Below are positions 23,800-34,539 of a stretch of DNA of 64,000 nt, piece by piece. The position numbers and the translations under genes are program-made. The stretch's first letter is position 1. Each line of letters starts with the position of its first letter. Origin of the DNA: Hemiscyllium ocellatum (Eukaryota); NCBI RefSeq assembly GCF_020745735.1, contig NC_083409.1, positions 14,851,873 to 14,915,872 of the forward strand, read 5' to 3'. Under the pieces are notes generated by a model, which saw only the letters and a list, made by a program, of their open reading frames with translations, had not been told where the DNA came from and did not search any database.

Positions 23800-25477
23800 T
23801 CACTATTAATAACCCTGGAATGAAAGCTGCATTATCCCGTTCCTTGATTGTGAAGACTGACACAACTAATCATTGTACACATCGGCCATTCCCTTAGTCT
23901 CATTCGTGGAATTCCCAGTTTGTTTTTAAAGGGCTCACATTGCACTGGAGCCCCCTTAATTTTCTAACTTTCATGTAAAATATTTGTGTTATTCTCGTGA
24001 CCCCTTACAGGTCTCTTTCTCCATCACTTTTTTTGTAACTCTTGCTTCGTTTTTGTCTTCCTTTGCAGTTCTTCATATCTTCCTTCAGTTGCCTGAATTC
24101 TCACTGATATTCCCACATTTGAGTGTTCTCACCTTTAGTTTTCTGTTTTCTCTCACTTATTTTATCAGCGATGGTGCTAACAAGTGGGGACCTGTTCCAT
24201 CCTGAGCTGAATACACATCTTTAACCATCTCCCCATCTCATTGGGAGTCCGATCTGACAATTTTGGCTGACACCAATCTCTGTTGCATTCTGTTTTCTGG
24301 GAGGTGGGTGCCACTGGCATCGATCAGCATTTGTTACCCAAGACTAATTGCCCTTGAACTGCTGGCCTTGCTGTGGCCTCTCAGAAGGCACCTAAGAGTT
24401 AACCAGATTGCTGTGGGGCTGGAGTCACATGAAGTCCAGACTGGGTAAGGCTGAGGCTGGACAGCAATCAGGGATCATTATCGTGGTCACCATTAATGAG
24501 GCTTGCTTTGTGATTTGAATTCAAATTCCAGCATTTGTCACTGGGGGAGATAGTACAGTTCGATAGATTGTGGCAGGGCCTCTGTTTTGTATCTCACCTG
24601 AAAGACAACAGCTCCCTCAGTTTTGCAGTGTCAGCCTTGACTGTGTGCTCAACATAGGAATTAGGAGCGGGAGGAGGCAATTCAGCCCTTCGAGCCCGGT
24701 CCGCCATTTAACATGACTGTGGCTGATCTTATCCTGGTCTCAACTCCACTCTCCTGCCTGCTCCCCATCGTTCTTTATCTCACTTTTCATCAGAAACACA
24801 TCTTTCTTGAACCTGTTGATTGATTCTGCATCCACTGCACGCTGGGGCATTGAGTTTCACAGATTCACAACCCTCTGGGAGAAATAGTTTCTCCTCATCT
24901 CAGTTTTGGACCTACCGCCTCTCACTCGATATCGGTGACCTCTTGTTCCAGACTGTCCCACAAGGGGGAGCATCTATTCAACATCCAACTTATCAATCCC
25001 CTTTCACATTTTCTATCCCTCAATTAGATCCCTCCTCATTCTTTTGAACTCCAGCGAGTCCAAATCCAAGCTCTTTAACTGCTCCTCGTAGGACAGCCCT
25101 TTCATCCCTGGGATCAGTCTGGGGAACATGCTCTGAACAGCCTCCAGTGCTGAAGGACTCTATGATCAAAATAGACTCCCCAAAGTTTCTGAGACAGAGG
25201 TGACAGTGCTCCCACTGACCAGGTTCCAGTTTGTACAGGGTTCCACTCTCAGCTGGATGGTTGGGAGTTGGAGCTGAGTTTAAGCTGCATATTGGAGAGG
25301 GGTAAGCAATCTTTCTGATCAAAGCCTCCAGAAATGTGAAGGTGACATTTATGAGCAATTCAGAGCAATGATCTATCAGTTATTTTGCCTCCTGGGGCCT
25401 GCTGAGTACTAAACCTCAGCATTTAGGGATTGCTGAGAAATATCTTCATTGACTTGGACAATAATTGTACTTTTCAG

Positions 25478-25598
25478 GTTCCACAGTTTAATGAAGAGTC
25501 CAGAAGATTATAGCTTTGGGTTATTTCCTGATCTCATTGTTGCTGTCTACAAGGCTGTGAAGGACACAGAGTGGAAGAAGTACTTTCCAAAAAAATAG
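25478..25598 (+). pseudogene. RNASEL: RNase L-like terminal coding exon (open)
   Basis: ttttcAG|g then FHSLMKSPEDYSFGLFPDLIVAVYKAVKDTEWKKYFPKK*, versus recalled human [38 protein letters not shown]. Its phase-2 start splices in frame with the exon ending at 22351. Confidence 0.85.
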
Positions 25599-25843
25599 AG
25601 GCTGCTCCTGTCTTCAAAGGGTTGCCATCTCTTGAGTGGAAATGAGACAGAACCACATGCTTCAGGGCTAGAATGGAAAGAAGGAACTTACATTTGTATC
25701 ACAGAATCCCGATAGTGTTGAAGTAGGCCATTCAGCCCATTGAGTCCACACTGTCCTTTGAAGGTCATTCTACCTAGACCCCTATCCTTTCTCTGTATGA
25801 TTCAATGGCTACTCCACCGAGCCTGCACATCACTGTACACTCT

Positions 25844-26008
25844 GGGCAATTTAGCACGGCTAATTTACCAGCCTGCAGATCTTTGGACTGTGGGAGGAAA
25901 CCCACACAGACAGAGGGAGAATATGCAGACTCCACACAGACCTGCCTGAGGTGGGTCCCTGCCGCTGTGAGGCAGTTGTGTTAATTACTGAGGCACTGTG
26001 TTGCCCAT
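25844..26008 (-). mobile_element. HE1-type V-SINE, partial
   Basis: Reverse complement of the head and V-domain. Confidence 0.75.
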
Positions 26009-28941
26009 TATTGCTTGCTGTAATGTTTGTTTCATGACTTTATTGTTTTAAATAAACCAACTCAGAGAATAATGGATTGATTATAGGACCAGTATGTCAT
26101 GGTGGAAGGCCGGAGAAAACACTGTGCAGATGTGGCCGATTACACAAGCAGCTTAATCTGCAGGTAGAAAATACGAACGACAATCTCCGATTGTGTGAAG
26201 GTGTATGAGGCAACATATGGGCAAAGAAAAAAAGTAGGCCACTTGGCCCTTTGAACGCTACTCCCCCATTCAGTAAGATTGTGGTTGATCTGATTTTAAC
26301 CTCCAATAATGTTCCATCCCTTCAGTCATCAAGAATCTATTTCCCTCGGCCTTAAAAATATCTAAAGATTCTGCATCCACTGCCTTTTAAGGAAGGGAAT
26401 TTCAAAGACTGACAACTCTGAGAGTAAAATCATGTTTCTGAATCTCTGTTTTGAATGGACTCTCCCTTAATTTTAAACTGTGATCCCTAGTTCTGGATTC
26501 TCCCGCAAGAGGAAACATCCTTTCCACATCCACCCGGTCAAGGCCCCTCAGGATCTTTCATGTTTCAATGAAGCCTTGCGTTCAGTTTCCCCTCACAACA
26601 CACCAGAATGTTCTATGAGCTTTCCTGATGACTTGCTGTACCTACGCACTAACCTTCTGTGATTAATGCACAGAGATCCAGATATGGTTCCGGGGACCCA
26701 GGTTCAAATCCCACCACGGCAGATGGGGGAGTTTAAATTCAAGAACAAAAAAAAATCTGCAATTAAAAGTCCAATGATGACCATGAATCCATGTCGATTG
26801 TCAGGAAAACCCATCTGGTTTACTAACGTCCTTTAGGGAAGTAACTGCCATCCTTCCCTTCTCTGGCCTACATGGGAATCCAATCCCACAGCAGTGTGGA
26901 TGACTGTTAACTGTCCTCTGGGACAATTAGGGGTGGGTAATACATGATGTCCTAGTCAGTAATGTCCTCATCCTGTGAATGAATTAAAAAGATAAATCTG
27001 ACTATAAATAATCAACATGATAATTAATTGTAATTAATCATTTGTAATTAATGAGCAGCCTTTGTTCCTGGCCCTCATTATCTCCTGATTTATTCTCTTT
27101 CCCACCATAAAGCTACTGTTAGGAAGCATGGAGACTATTCCCACCAGCTCTTGGATCTCTTCCCTATTTGTGCTGCTTTCCAGAACACAAGCATCTTCCT
27201 GCTCCAGCCTCCATTCCTCACCCTCACACTGTTCTCCATCTCTCCACTCCTGACCTCTCTCACTGTTCTGCAGCCTCCGCTCCTCACCCAGATCTGTTTA
27301 AGACCAGGGGTCATAAGATTAAGATGAAAGTATGTTTTGATCCAGTGTGTGGTAGCTATGTGGAACATGCTGCCTGAGAGGGTGGTGCAGGCTGAAAATC
27401 TCACAACCTTCAAAATACATTTGGATGAGCACTTTTAATTCCAGGAGACAGTAGGCTCCAGAAAACTGCGGGTAAATGGGATTAGTGTAGTTTAGTGGGT
27501 GGTGGTTGGCATAGACTTGGTGGGCCAAAGGGCCTATTTCTGTGCTGTGTGACTCTCGAACCTGTCTCCCTGGCTCTGTGAGGCAGCAGTGCTGTGTCGC
27601 CCATATTGAGGGAGACACACAACAAAATCAGCACAAGGGGCGATAAGAATTCAGCGTTTCCTGTTTTTGAAAGCCCCACCGCCACATCACCCAGTTAGCA
27701 AATTAAAACAAAGGATGGGTTATAAGCACAGCTCCCTGCCGGGGTGGTGAAGGGGAGGCGTGGTTACTGGTCAGATAACAAAGACATCGGAAGAGAGGGA
27801 ATAGACCCAATTAAAATGGAAGGGGAGTGGTGTGGGGGGAATCTGTGAATGGATACTTACCCATCTGACAGAGTGCCCTCCACCTGGCAATCTATTTTAT
27901 GCAATGTAGAAACATAGAGGATAGGAGCAGGAGTAGGCCATCGGCCCCTCCAGCCTGCTCTGCCTCTCAATATGATTGTGGCTGATCATGGAGCACATTA
28001 CTGTAATCCCTCCCTACCCCATATGCCTTGGTTCCTTCGCCACAAGAGCTGTCTCTACCTCCTTCTTGAAAACATAATGTTTTGGCCTCAACCACTTTCT
28101 GTGACAGAGAATTCCACAGACTCACCACTCTCTGGGTGAATACATTTTTGCTCATCTCTGTCCTATAGAGTTTACCTCTTAACCTTAAACTATGAGCCTG
28201 GTTCTGGACTTCCCCACCATTGGGAACATCCTTACTCCATTTGACTTGTCTCATCCTGTTCCAATTTTACAGCTTTCTCCAAGGTTCCCTTCCTTAACTG
28301 TTTTAAACTCCAGTGAACACAATCCTCACCAACTCAACCTCTCCTTATACGTCAGTCCTGCCATCACAGAAATCAAATAGCATTCAGTCATTAATATTAC
28401 TCAGCCCATTGTGGAATGTTGTGGAAATTAAATTGACTCGACTCAACTATTAGCAAGAGCAACCAAAAAGAGCTTCATTTTTTTTAACCTCTGAATTGCA
28501 GGGGAACCACATGCACTTGACAAAAATGCCTTGTGTAAGGGCCCTGAGCATATTTCAGATATTCGCCTTATCCTGTTTCTTATCACACTGTCAAGGACAA
28601 AGACTGTGAAGATTTGAGTTGTTATTCTTTTCATTCCCTTGTTGTGGACAGACTGTTCTTATATTTTTCTCTTGTTGAATATTTACAAAGTTCCTCAGAG
28701 AAAAGCTGCATACTCCTCGACTGCATACTTCAGCAAAGTGTCAGAAAGTTTTAATTTTAGTCAAGCACTGTCTTTTAGATTTCAGAGTAAATGCTAATTT
28801 TGTTAATTTTCTATTACATGGAACACAGACTTTGTAGGTCAGAGTTAGAAGACAATCATTGCCGGTTCTAAAATTCAGGCTTCGGGTGCAGTAATCTCAA
28901 TGGAATCATTGGATGCTATCTTACAACAGCAGAAAGATGAG

Positions 28942-29095
28942 AGGTGTAGATGGAGGGTGCAGACAGCAGTGTAGACAGTGGGTGTAGATGGTGGGTGCAA
29001 ACAGAGGGACTAGACAGTGGCTGTGGATGCTGGGTGCAGACTGAGGGTGCAGACGGTGGGAGCAGATGGTGGTGTAGACAGTAGCGTAGACAAGA
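28942..29095. repeat. Degenerate tandem repeat, unit about 13 bp (GGTGYAGAYRGTG-like)
   Basis: Repeated ggtgtagatggtg / ggtgcagacggtg units. Confidence 0.7.
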
Positions 29096-29730
29096 GCAAG
29101 ATCTTGCGTGGTGACCACATGGGTGGCTGTGTGGAATCACACAGAGAGCAGCCAGTGAGCCTGACACAGTCAGGGACACCCCCTGGTACTGAAGGTCATG
29201 TTGTTGCTGGCAAAGATCGCATTTCAACTGAAACTGCACTTCCTCCCTACACACTCCCCTCTTGTCCCCACATGCCTCACTACAACCCCTGGATTGCCAG
29301 GCAGCACCCTACGCCCTTAGTCAGTCTCCGTTGACCTTGTCTGCATTAGCCTTGACGCTCCTCCCAAGCACTTACTTGGGCCTTCACTGAAGCTTGAGCC
29401 ATTTCCTCTGACCCTTGATCATTGATTTGCCATCTTGGAACTGTCTAGCCTAGTCACCATTAACCTGCACTGCCCTCTCAGCATGGAGCGTAGATTAATA
29501 CAGCACAGAAAAGGCCCTTTGGCCCATTGAGTCTGCACTGGCATAACTACCGCTGAAGGGACTCTAATCCCAATTTCCTGCACTTATCCCAAATCCTTGC
29601 ATGTTATGATATTTAAATGTTGTAAGGTTTCCAGCCTCCACTACCTTCCCTGACAGAGGGTTGTGTGTTTATAATTCATATCACGTCAGGCTCACGGAGT
29701 TTAACAAAAGCTCCTGTTCTTTAATGTGCA

Positions 29731-30050
29731 GTATGGTGGCTCAGTGGTTTGCACTGCTGCCTCACAGCACCAAGGACCTGGGTTCGATTCCAGCCCGAGG
29801 TAACTGTCTTTGTGGAGTTTGCACGCTCCCCCTGTGTCTGTGTGGGTTTTCTCTGCATGCTCCAGTTCCCTCCCACAATCCAAAGATGTGCAGGTTAGGT
29901 GAATTGGCCATTCTAAAATTGCCACAGTGATCAAGAATCTGTCAGTCAGGGGAGATGTTGAGTAAAAGGGTAGGGGAATGTGTCTCAGGGAGTCTGTCTT
30001 CAGAGGGTTGGTGTTGGCTTGTTGGGCCAAATGGCCTGTGTCCACACTGT
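29731..30050 (+). mobile_element. HE1-type V-SINE
   Basis: GGTGGCTCAGTGG A-box-like head, GGTTCGATTCC B-box, V-domain. Confidence 0.85.
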
Positions 30051-30804
30051 GACAGTCTGTGGAGTCTGTGACAGGCCATTCCAGATTCCCATCACCCAGA
30101 ATGCACATCTTATTTCCCAAATCTCATTTGTGACGTTCGTAATGAAACCATTCATTTCGTCTTGTCTCGTTTAGCTCTTGTGCTCCTTGTTTGATAAATG
30201 CTTTTTTTTTCAATAAAATATGAGCCCCTTGATGGGCTTTTAACCTCGTCCAATCAGGGAGCCCTGGCTGACAGATAAAAAGGGGTGTGTCAGAAGGACT
30301 GATACTCTGGGACCTGACTCTGAATAACAAACTGCCAGCCAACCAACCACCTCCTTTGGTCACACCTCAATCTCCCCATGCTTACTCTTGACGCCCCTTT
30401 GATCCAGCCTGTTGCTGCCTTTGGGAGAGGTTGGCCTTCCTTCCATACCTAATGAAGAGCTTATGCCCAAAGTTAATCCACTGCAATCCCTCTTGGGTCT
30501 GCAAGAATTCAACCTCAGTCACTGCTCTCCTCCCTGTAAGGTAATATTGCTGCATCTAGTTTAGAGCTAATTGACCATTGAAATACGACTATGGCTAGTC
30601 AGCATTGGCTGAGCAGACAGCCACTACTGCAATGATCCCAGCTCCAGAAAATCCCCTTGTAATTGGGGAGCACATTAGGGAGCACATTGTGCACTGCCTC
30701 TGAAATCCCTCTCTTCCTGAGAATACACTCTCAGTATTCACCTTTCTCAGCTGCCATCTCAATTTCACTGTAAATTCTGTGAACTATGATCCTGCCCCAC
30801 TAGC

Positions 30805-30839
30805 TGCCTGATGAAGGAGCAGTGCTCCGAAAGCTTGTA
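30805..30839 (+). ncRNA. Minimal hammerhead motif (type B), core intact, in a short pLTR fragment (about 30800-30900)
   Basis: TGC-CTGATGA-A-GGAGC-AGT-GCTCC-GAAAG-CTT-GTA; palindromic AGCT. Confidence 0.7.
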
Positions 30840-31019
30840 CTTCCAAAGAAACCTGTTGGACTATAACCTGGTGTTGTGTGATTTTTAACCTTGGCCACCT
30901 CAATGAGCTGCCATCTCAGACTGAGTTGTTTTTCTCCTGAGATTTGACGACATTAAAGCCTAATCTTCAATCCCCATCACAAAACCCATTCTCTCCCCAT
31001 CACTCGGAGACAAATACCT

Positions 31020-31500
31020 CAGAGACACCGACAGGCAGCACAGAGTAACACACTCACACTCATTGAGGTACAAAGTTAAAAATCACACAACACCAGGTTA
31101 TAGTCCCTCAGGTTTAATTGGAAGCACACTAGCTTTCGGAGCGCCACTCCATCATCAGGTGGTTGTGGAGGACACTCCCTTGATGAAGGAGCGGCGCTCC
31201 GAAAGCTAGTGTGCTTCCAATTAATCCTGTTGGACTATAACCTGGTGTTGTGTGATTTTTAACTTTGTACACCCCAGTCCAACACCAGCATCTCCACATC
31301 ATTGCACTGCCTACAGCCAGTGCAGAATAACACACACACACAGACACCTACAGGCAACACTGAGTAACACACACACTCAGAGAGTCAGGCAGCACTGAGT
31401 AACATGCTCCATGCTGCTTGTAGGTGTCTCTGTGAATAACACACCCACCCTCAGATTGGTACCTCCAGACAGCATTATGTAGTACACTCGCACTCAGAGG
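31020..31500. repeat. Degenerate minisatellite (unit about 38-40 bp) interrupted by the pLTR inverted pair
   Basis: Recurring agacacc(t/g)acaggca(g/a)cac(t/a)gagtaacacac units on both sides of 31068-31300. Confidence 0.55.
31068..31270. mobile_element. Inverted pair of type-B Penelope pLTR fragments
   Basis: Arms about 31068-31158 and 31181-31270. Minus-strand hammerhead 31127-31161 intact (CAC-CTGATGA-T-GGAG..CTCC-GAAAG-CTA-GTG). Plus copy 31180-31211 has TTGATGA. Confidence 0.8.
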
Positions 31501-31668
31501 GACACGCAGCCTGCAGTGTCAGTGATTGGCCTAAGATCACTTCAGGTACAACACAGCATGCAGCAAAGAGTGCAATCCCAGCATCTGAGCCTGGACCACA
31601 GAGTGAAGAAGAATTGCCTAAGATTGTAATTATTGAGTCCTCACAACTTTCTGTTTCTTGGTTAAAAA

Positions 31669-32946
31669 CAAGTACTGCAGATGCTGGAAACCAGAGGCTA
31701 GATCAGAGTGGTCATGGAAAAGCACAGCAGGTCAGGCAGCATCCAAGGAGCAGGAAAATCAATGTTTTGGGCAAAAGCCCTTCATCAGGAATAGAGGCAG
31801 GGTGCCTGCAAAGTGGAGAGATAAATGCGAGGGGGTTGGGGAGAAAGCAGCATAGAGTACAATAGGTGGATGGGGGTGGGGATGGAGGTGATAGATCAGA
31901 GACGAGGCTGTAGTGGGTAGGTGGAAAGGAAGATAAGCAGGTAGGACAGGTCATGAGGATGGTGCTGAGCTGGAAGTTTGGAGCTGGGGTGAGATGGGGG
32001 AAGGGGAAATGAGGAAACTGGTGAAATCCACATTGATGCCATGGGATTGAAGTGTTCCGAGGTGGAAGATGAGGTGTTCTTCCTCCAGTTGTCGGGTGGT
32101 GAGGGAGCAGCGGTGGAGGAGGCCCAGGACCTGCCTGTCCTTGGCAGAGTGGGAGGGGGAGTTGAAATGTTGGGCCACAGGGCGGTGGAGTTGATTGGTG
32201 TGGTTGTCCCGGAGATGTTCCCTAAAGCGCTCTGCAAGGAGGCGTCCAGTCTCCCCAATGTAGAGGAGACCACAGCAGGAGCAACAGATAAAATAAATGA
32301 CATTGGTGAGTGTGCTGGTAAAAATTTGATGGATGTGGAAGGCTCTTTTGGGGCCCTAGATGGAGGTGAGGGAGGAGGTGCGGGCGCAGGTTTTGCTATT
32401 CCTGTGGTGGCAGGGGAGGGTGCCAGGAAAGGAGGGTGGGTTGTTGGGGGGTGTGGACTTGACCAAGTAGTCATGGAGGAAACGGTCTTTGCGGAAAGCA
32501 GGAATGGGTGGGGAGGGAAATACATCCCTGGTGGTGGGGTCCATTTGGAGGTGGCGGAAATGTCATCGGATGATGTGGTTTATGCGAAGGTTGGTAGGGT
32601 GGAAGGGGAGCGCCAGGGGGGTTCTGTCCTTTTTATAGTTGGAGGGGTGGGGTTTGAGGGTGGAGGGGTCGATGTGGACGAGATGCGTTGGAGGACATCT
32701 TTGACCACATGGGAAGGGAAATTGCGGTCTCTAAAGAAGGATGCCATCTGGTGTGTTCTGTGGTGGGAGGAAATATGGCGGAGGCAGAGGAATTGGGAAT
32801 GCGGGATGGCATTTTTGCAAGAGGTGGGTTGGGAAGAGGTGGAATCCTCGGTGTCGGTGGGTTTTGTAAAAAATGTCAGTTTCATTAATAGAGATGGAGA
32901 GTTCCAGGAAGGGGAGGGAGGTGTCAGAGATGGTCCAGGTTGTCAT
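31669..32946 (-). mobile_element. 5'-truncated Penelope-like element (RT C-terminus, GIY-YIG, pLTR with decayed hammerhead at 31757-31792)
   Basis: Minus frames give LPFLELSIS..., KNAIPHSQFL, NVIYFICCSCCGLLYIGETGRLLAERFREH and AQHFNSPSH...LIFHLGTLQSHGINVDF. Confidence 0.9.
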
Positions 32947-33172
32947 TAATGGAGATCTGTTTGGAATCTGGTAACATCCAATGATTCCAGATCAAAGGGA
33001 TAATTTGAAAGTGATTGATGATTGGCTGTCAGTATCCTCTACAACGGATGTGTCATTGATTGACAGGCCAATTAGTCAATTGTGACAATGCCATGCTGAA
33101 ATACAGCCAATCAACTGAATGGAGTGGTCAGTCTCCAAAGCAGACAGACACAGGGACTGAATCTTCTTCATC

Positions 33173-33178
33173 TTTATT
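33173..33178 (-). promoter_or_regulatory. Probable polyadenylation signal of kappa C copy 2
   Basis: AATAAA on the minus strand at the position homologous to 17300-17305. Confidence 0.6.
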
Positions 33179-33704
33179 CCCTTTTCCAGATTGACATTGA
33201 CAGAAAACAGTCAGCAATTAACAGCCCAGACAGAGGAAGCTGCTCAAATTCACAGCCACATTGGAGCTTGAGGAAAACACTTGTGGAGGTTTGCTCAATA
33301 ACATGAGAATCCTGTCCCTTCAAACAGTCACAAAACCTTAAATTGGAACTGGCGGCTGAGCAGGAAGGAGATCTGGTTTACTGAAGCAGAGACTTCTGAG
33401 GTTCACATTGTTTTGTACAACTGACAGTCTTCAGCAACTTCAAGAGATTTTACTTGGCATCACAAGTCAACCCTGTCCCCATTAAACACTCCCAGAACAA
33501 GGACAGCATGGGGTTTGACACAGCGTAAAGCCCTATCTACACTGTCCCAATGAACTGCCATAACCCCTGAAATTCAGAAGTGTCTCTGAGCCAGTCCTGA
33601 GCAGGATGAGAGTTGAAATTCAGTGCTGACAATGACCTTTGTCCTGCCAGCTCAGCCCTGTTCTATTTAAAGTTGTGTCTCCTCTGTGGACTGTCTCCAA
33701 CACT

Positions 33705-33989
33705 CTACACACATTCTGATCTCCTGATGCTCTTGCTGAGGGGAGAGGGGAGGGTCACGTGAGTGAGGGCACAGGAGAAGCGAGCATTGGACTCCCAGTC
33801 AGACCCAGGGAGGGTCAGCAGGCTGCTGACACTGTAGGTGCTGTCCAAAGCTCGCAGGTAGTTGCTGGTCTGAACCCCGTCCGAAATGACTGCACCGTCC
33901 TTCTTCCCCAGGGTGGCAGTGCCCTTGGCATTGACCTGCTCCGGGGAGGGGGGGCAGCAGGGTCAGCTTGGGCTGAGAGTTCTCACGGC
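33705..33989 (-). pseudogene. IGKC: Ig kappa constant exon, copy 2: +1 frameshift and 45-bp deletion
   Basis: Intact acceptor tctttcAG (33991-33990). RENSQPKLTLL, then seven C instead of six. The 45-nt deletion (junction 33907/33908) removes the first Cys through Trp segment. Remainder matches copy 1 and ends SECV*TAG. Confidence 0.92.
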
Positions 33990-34539
33990 CTGAAAGACAA
34001 GAGAAACAATTTTAATCCCTGCCATTTGAAGGGATTTCAACTCTCAGAATATTCATTGATAAAATGTTTGAACATTTGTAGCCAATACCTAACAATCCCC
34101 ATAAAAAAACAAGCATTGTTTAAATTGCTTCTTGGGATGTGAGTGTCACTGATAGGATCAGCATTTATTGCCCATCCCTCATCACCCAGAGGGCAGTTTA
34201 GAGTCAACCACATTGCTGTGGGTCTGGAGTCACATGGTGAGGATGGCAGTTTCCTTCCCTAAAGGGCATCAGGGAATCAAATGGCTTTTTCCTGACCATC
34301 AATAATTGTTTCATGGTCATCATTAGACACTTAATTGCAGATTTTTAAAATTGAATTCACATTCCACCATCTGCTGCGGCAGGATTCTAACCCTGGCCCC
34401 CAGAACATTAATCTGGATCTCTGGATGAACAGCTCAGCGATAGTACCATTAAATCATCACCTCCTTTATCTTATTTTTAGTTGAGTGTGAAAGCAAGAAG
34501 TTTGTTTCTGAACAGGGTGTTTAGGAAAAGCACCTCTGA

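Noticed and set aside
27852-27860. ATACTTACC matching the U1 snRNA 5' end
   Set aside because: Only 9 nt match; it is just the complement of a donor-like GGTAAGTAT.
32041-32949. 302-aa plus-strand ORF, the longest in the track
   Set aside because: It is the antisense shadow of the Penelope RT/GIY-YIG coding strand.
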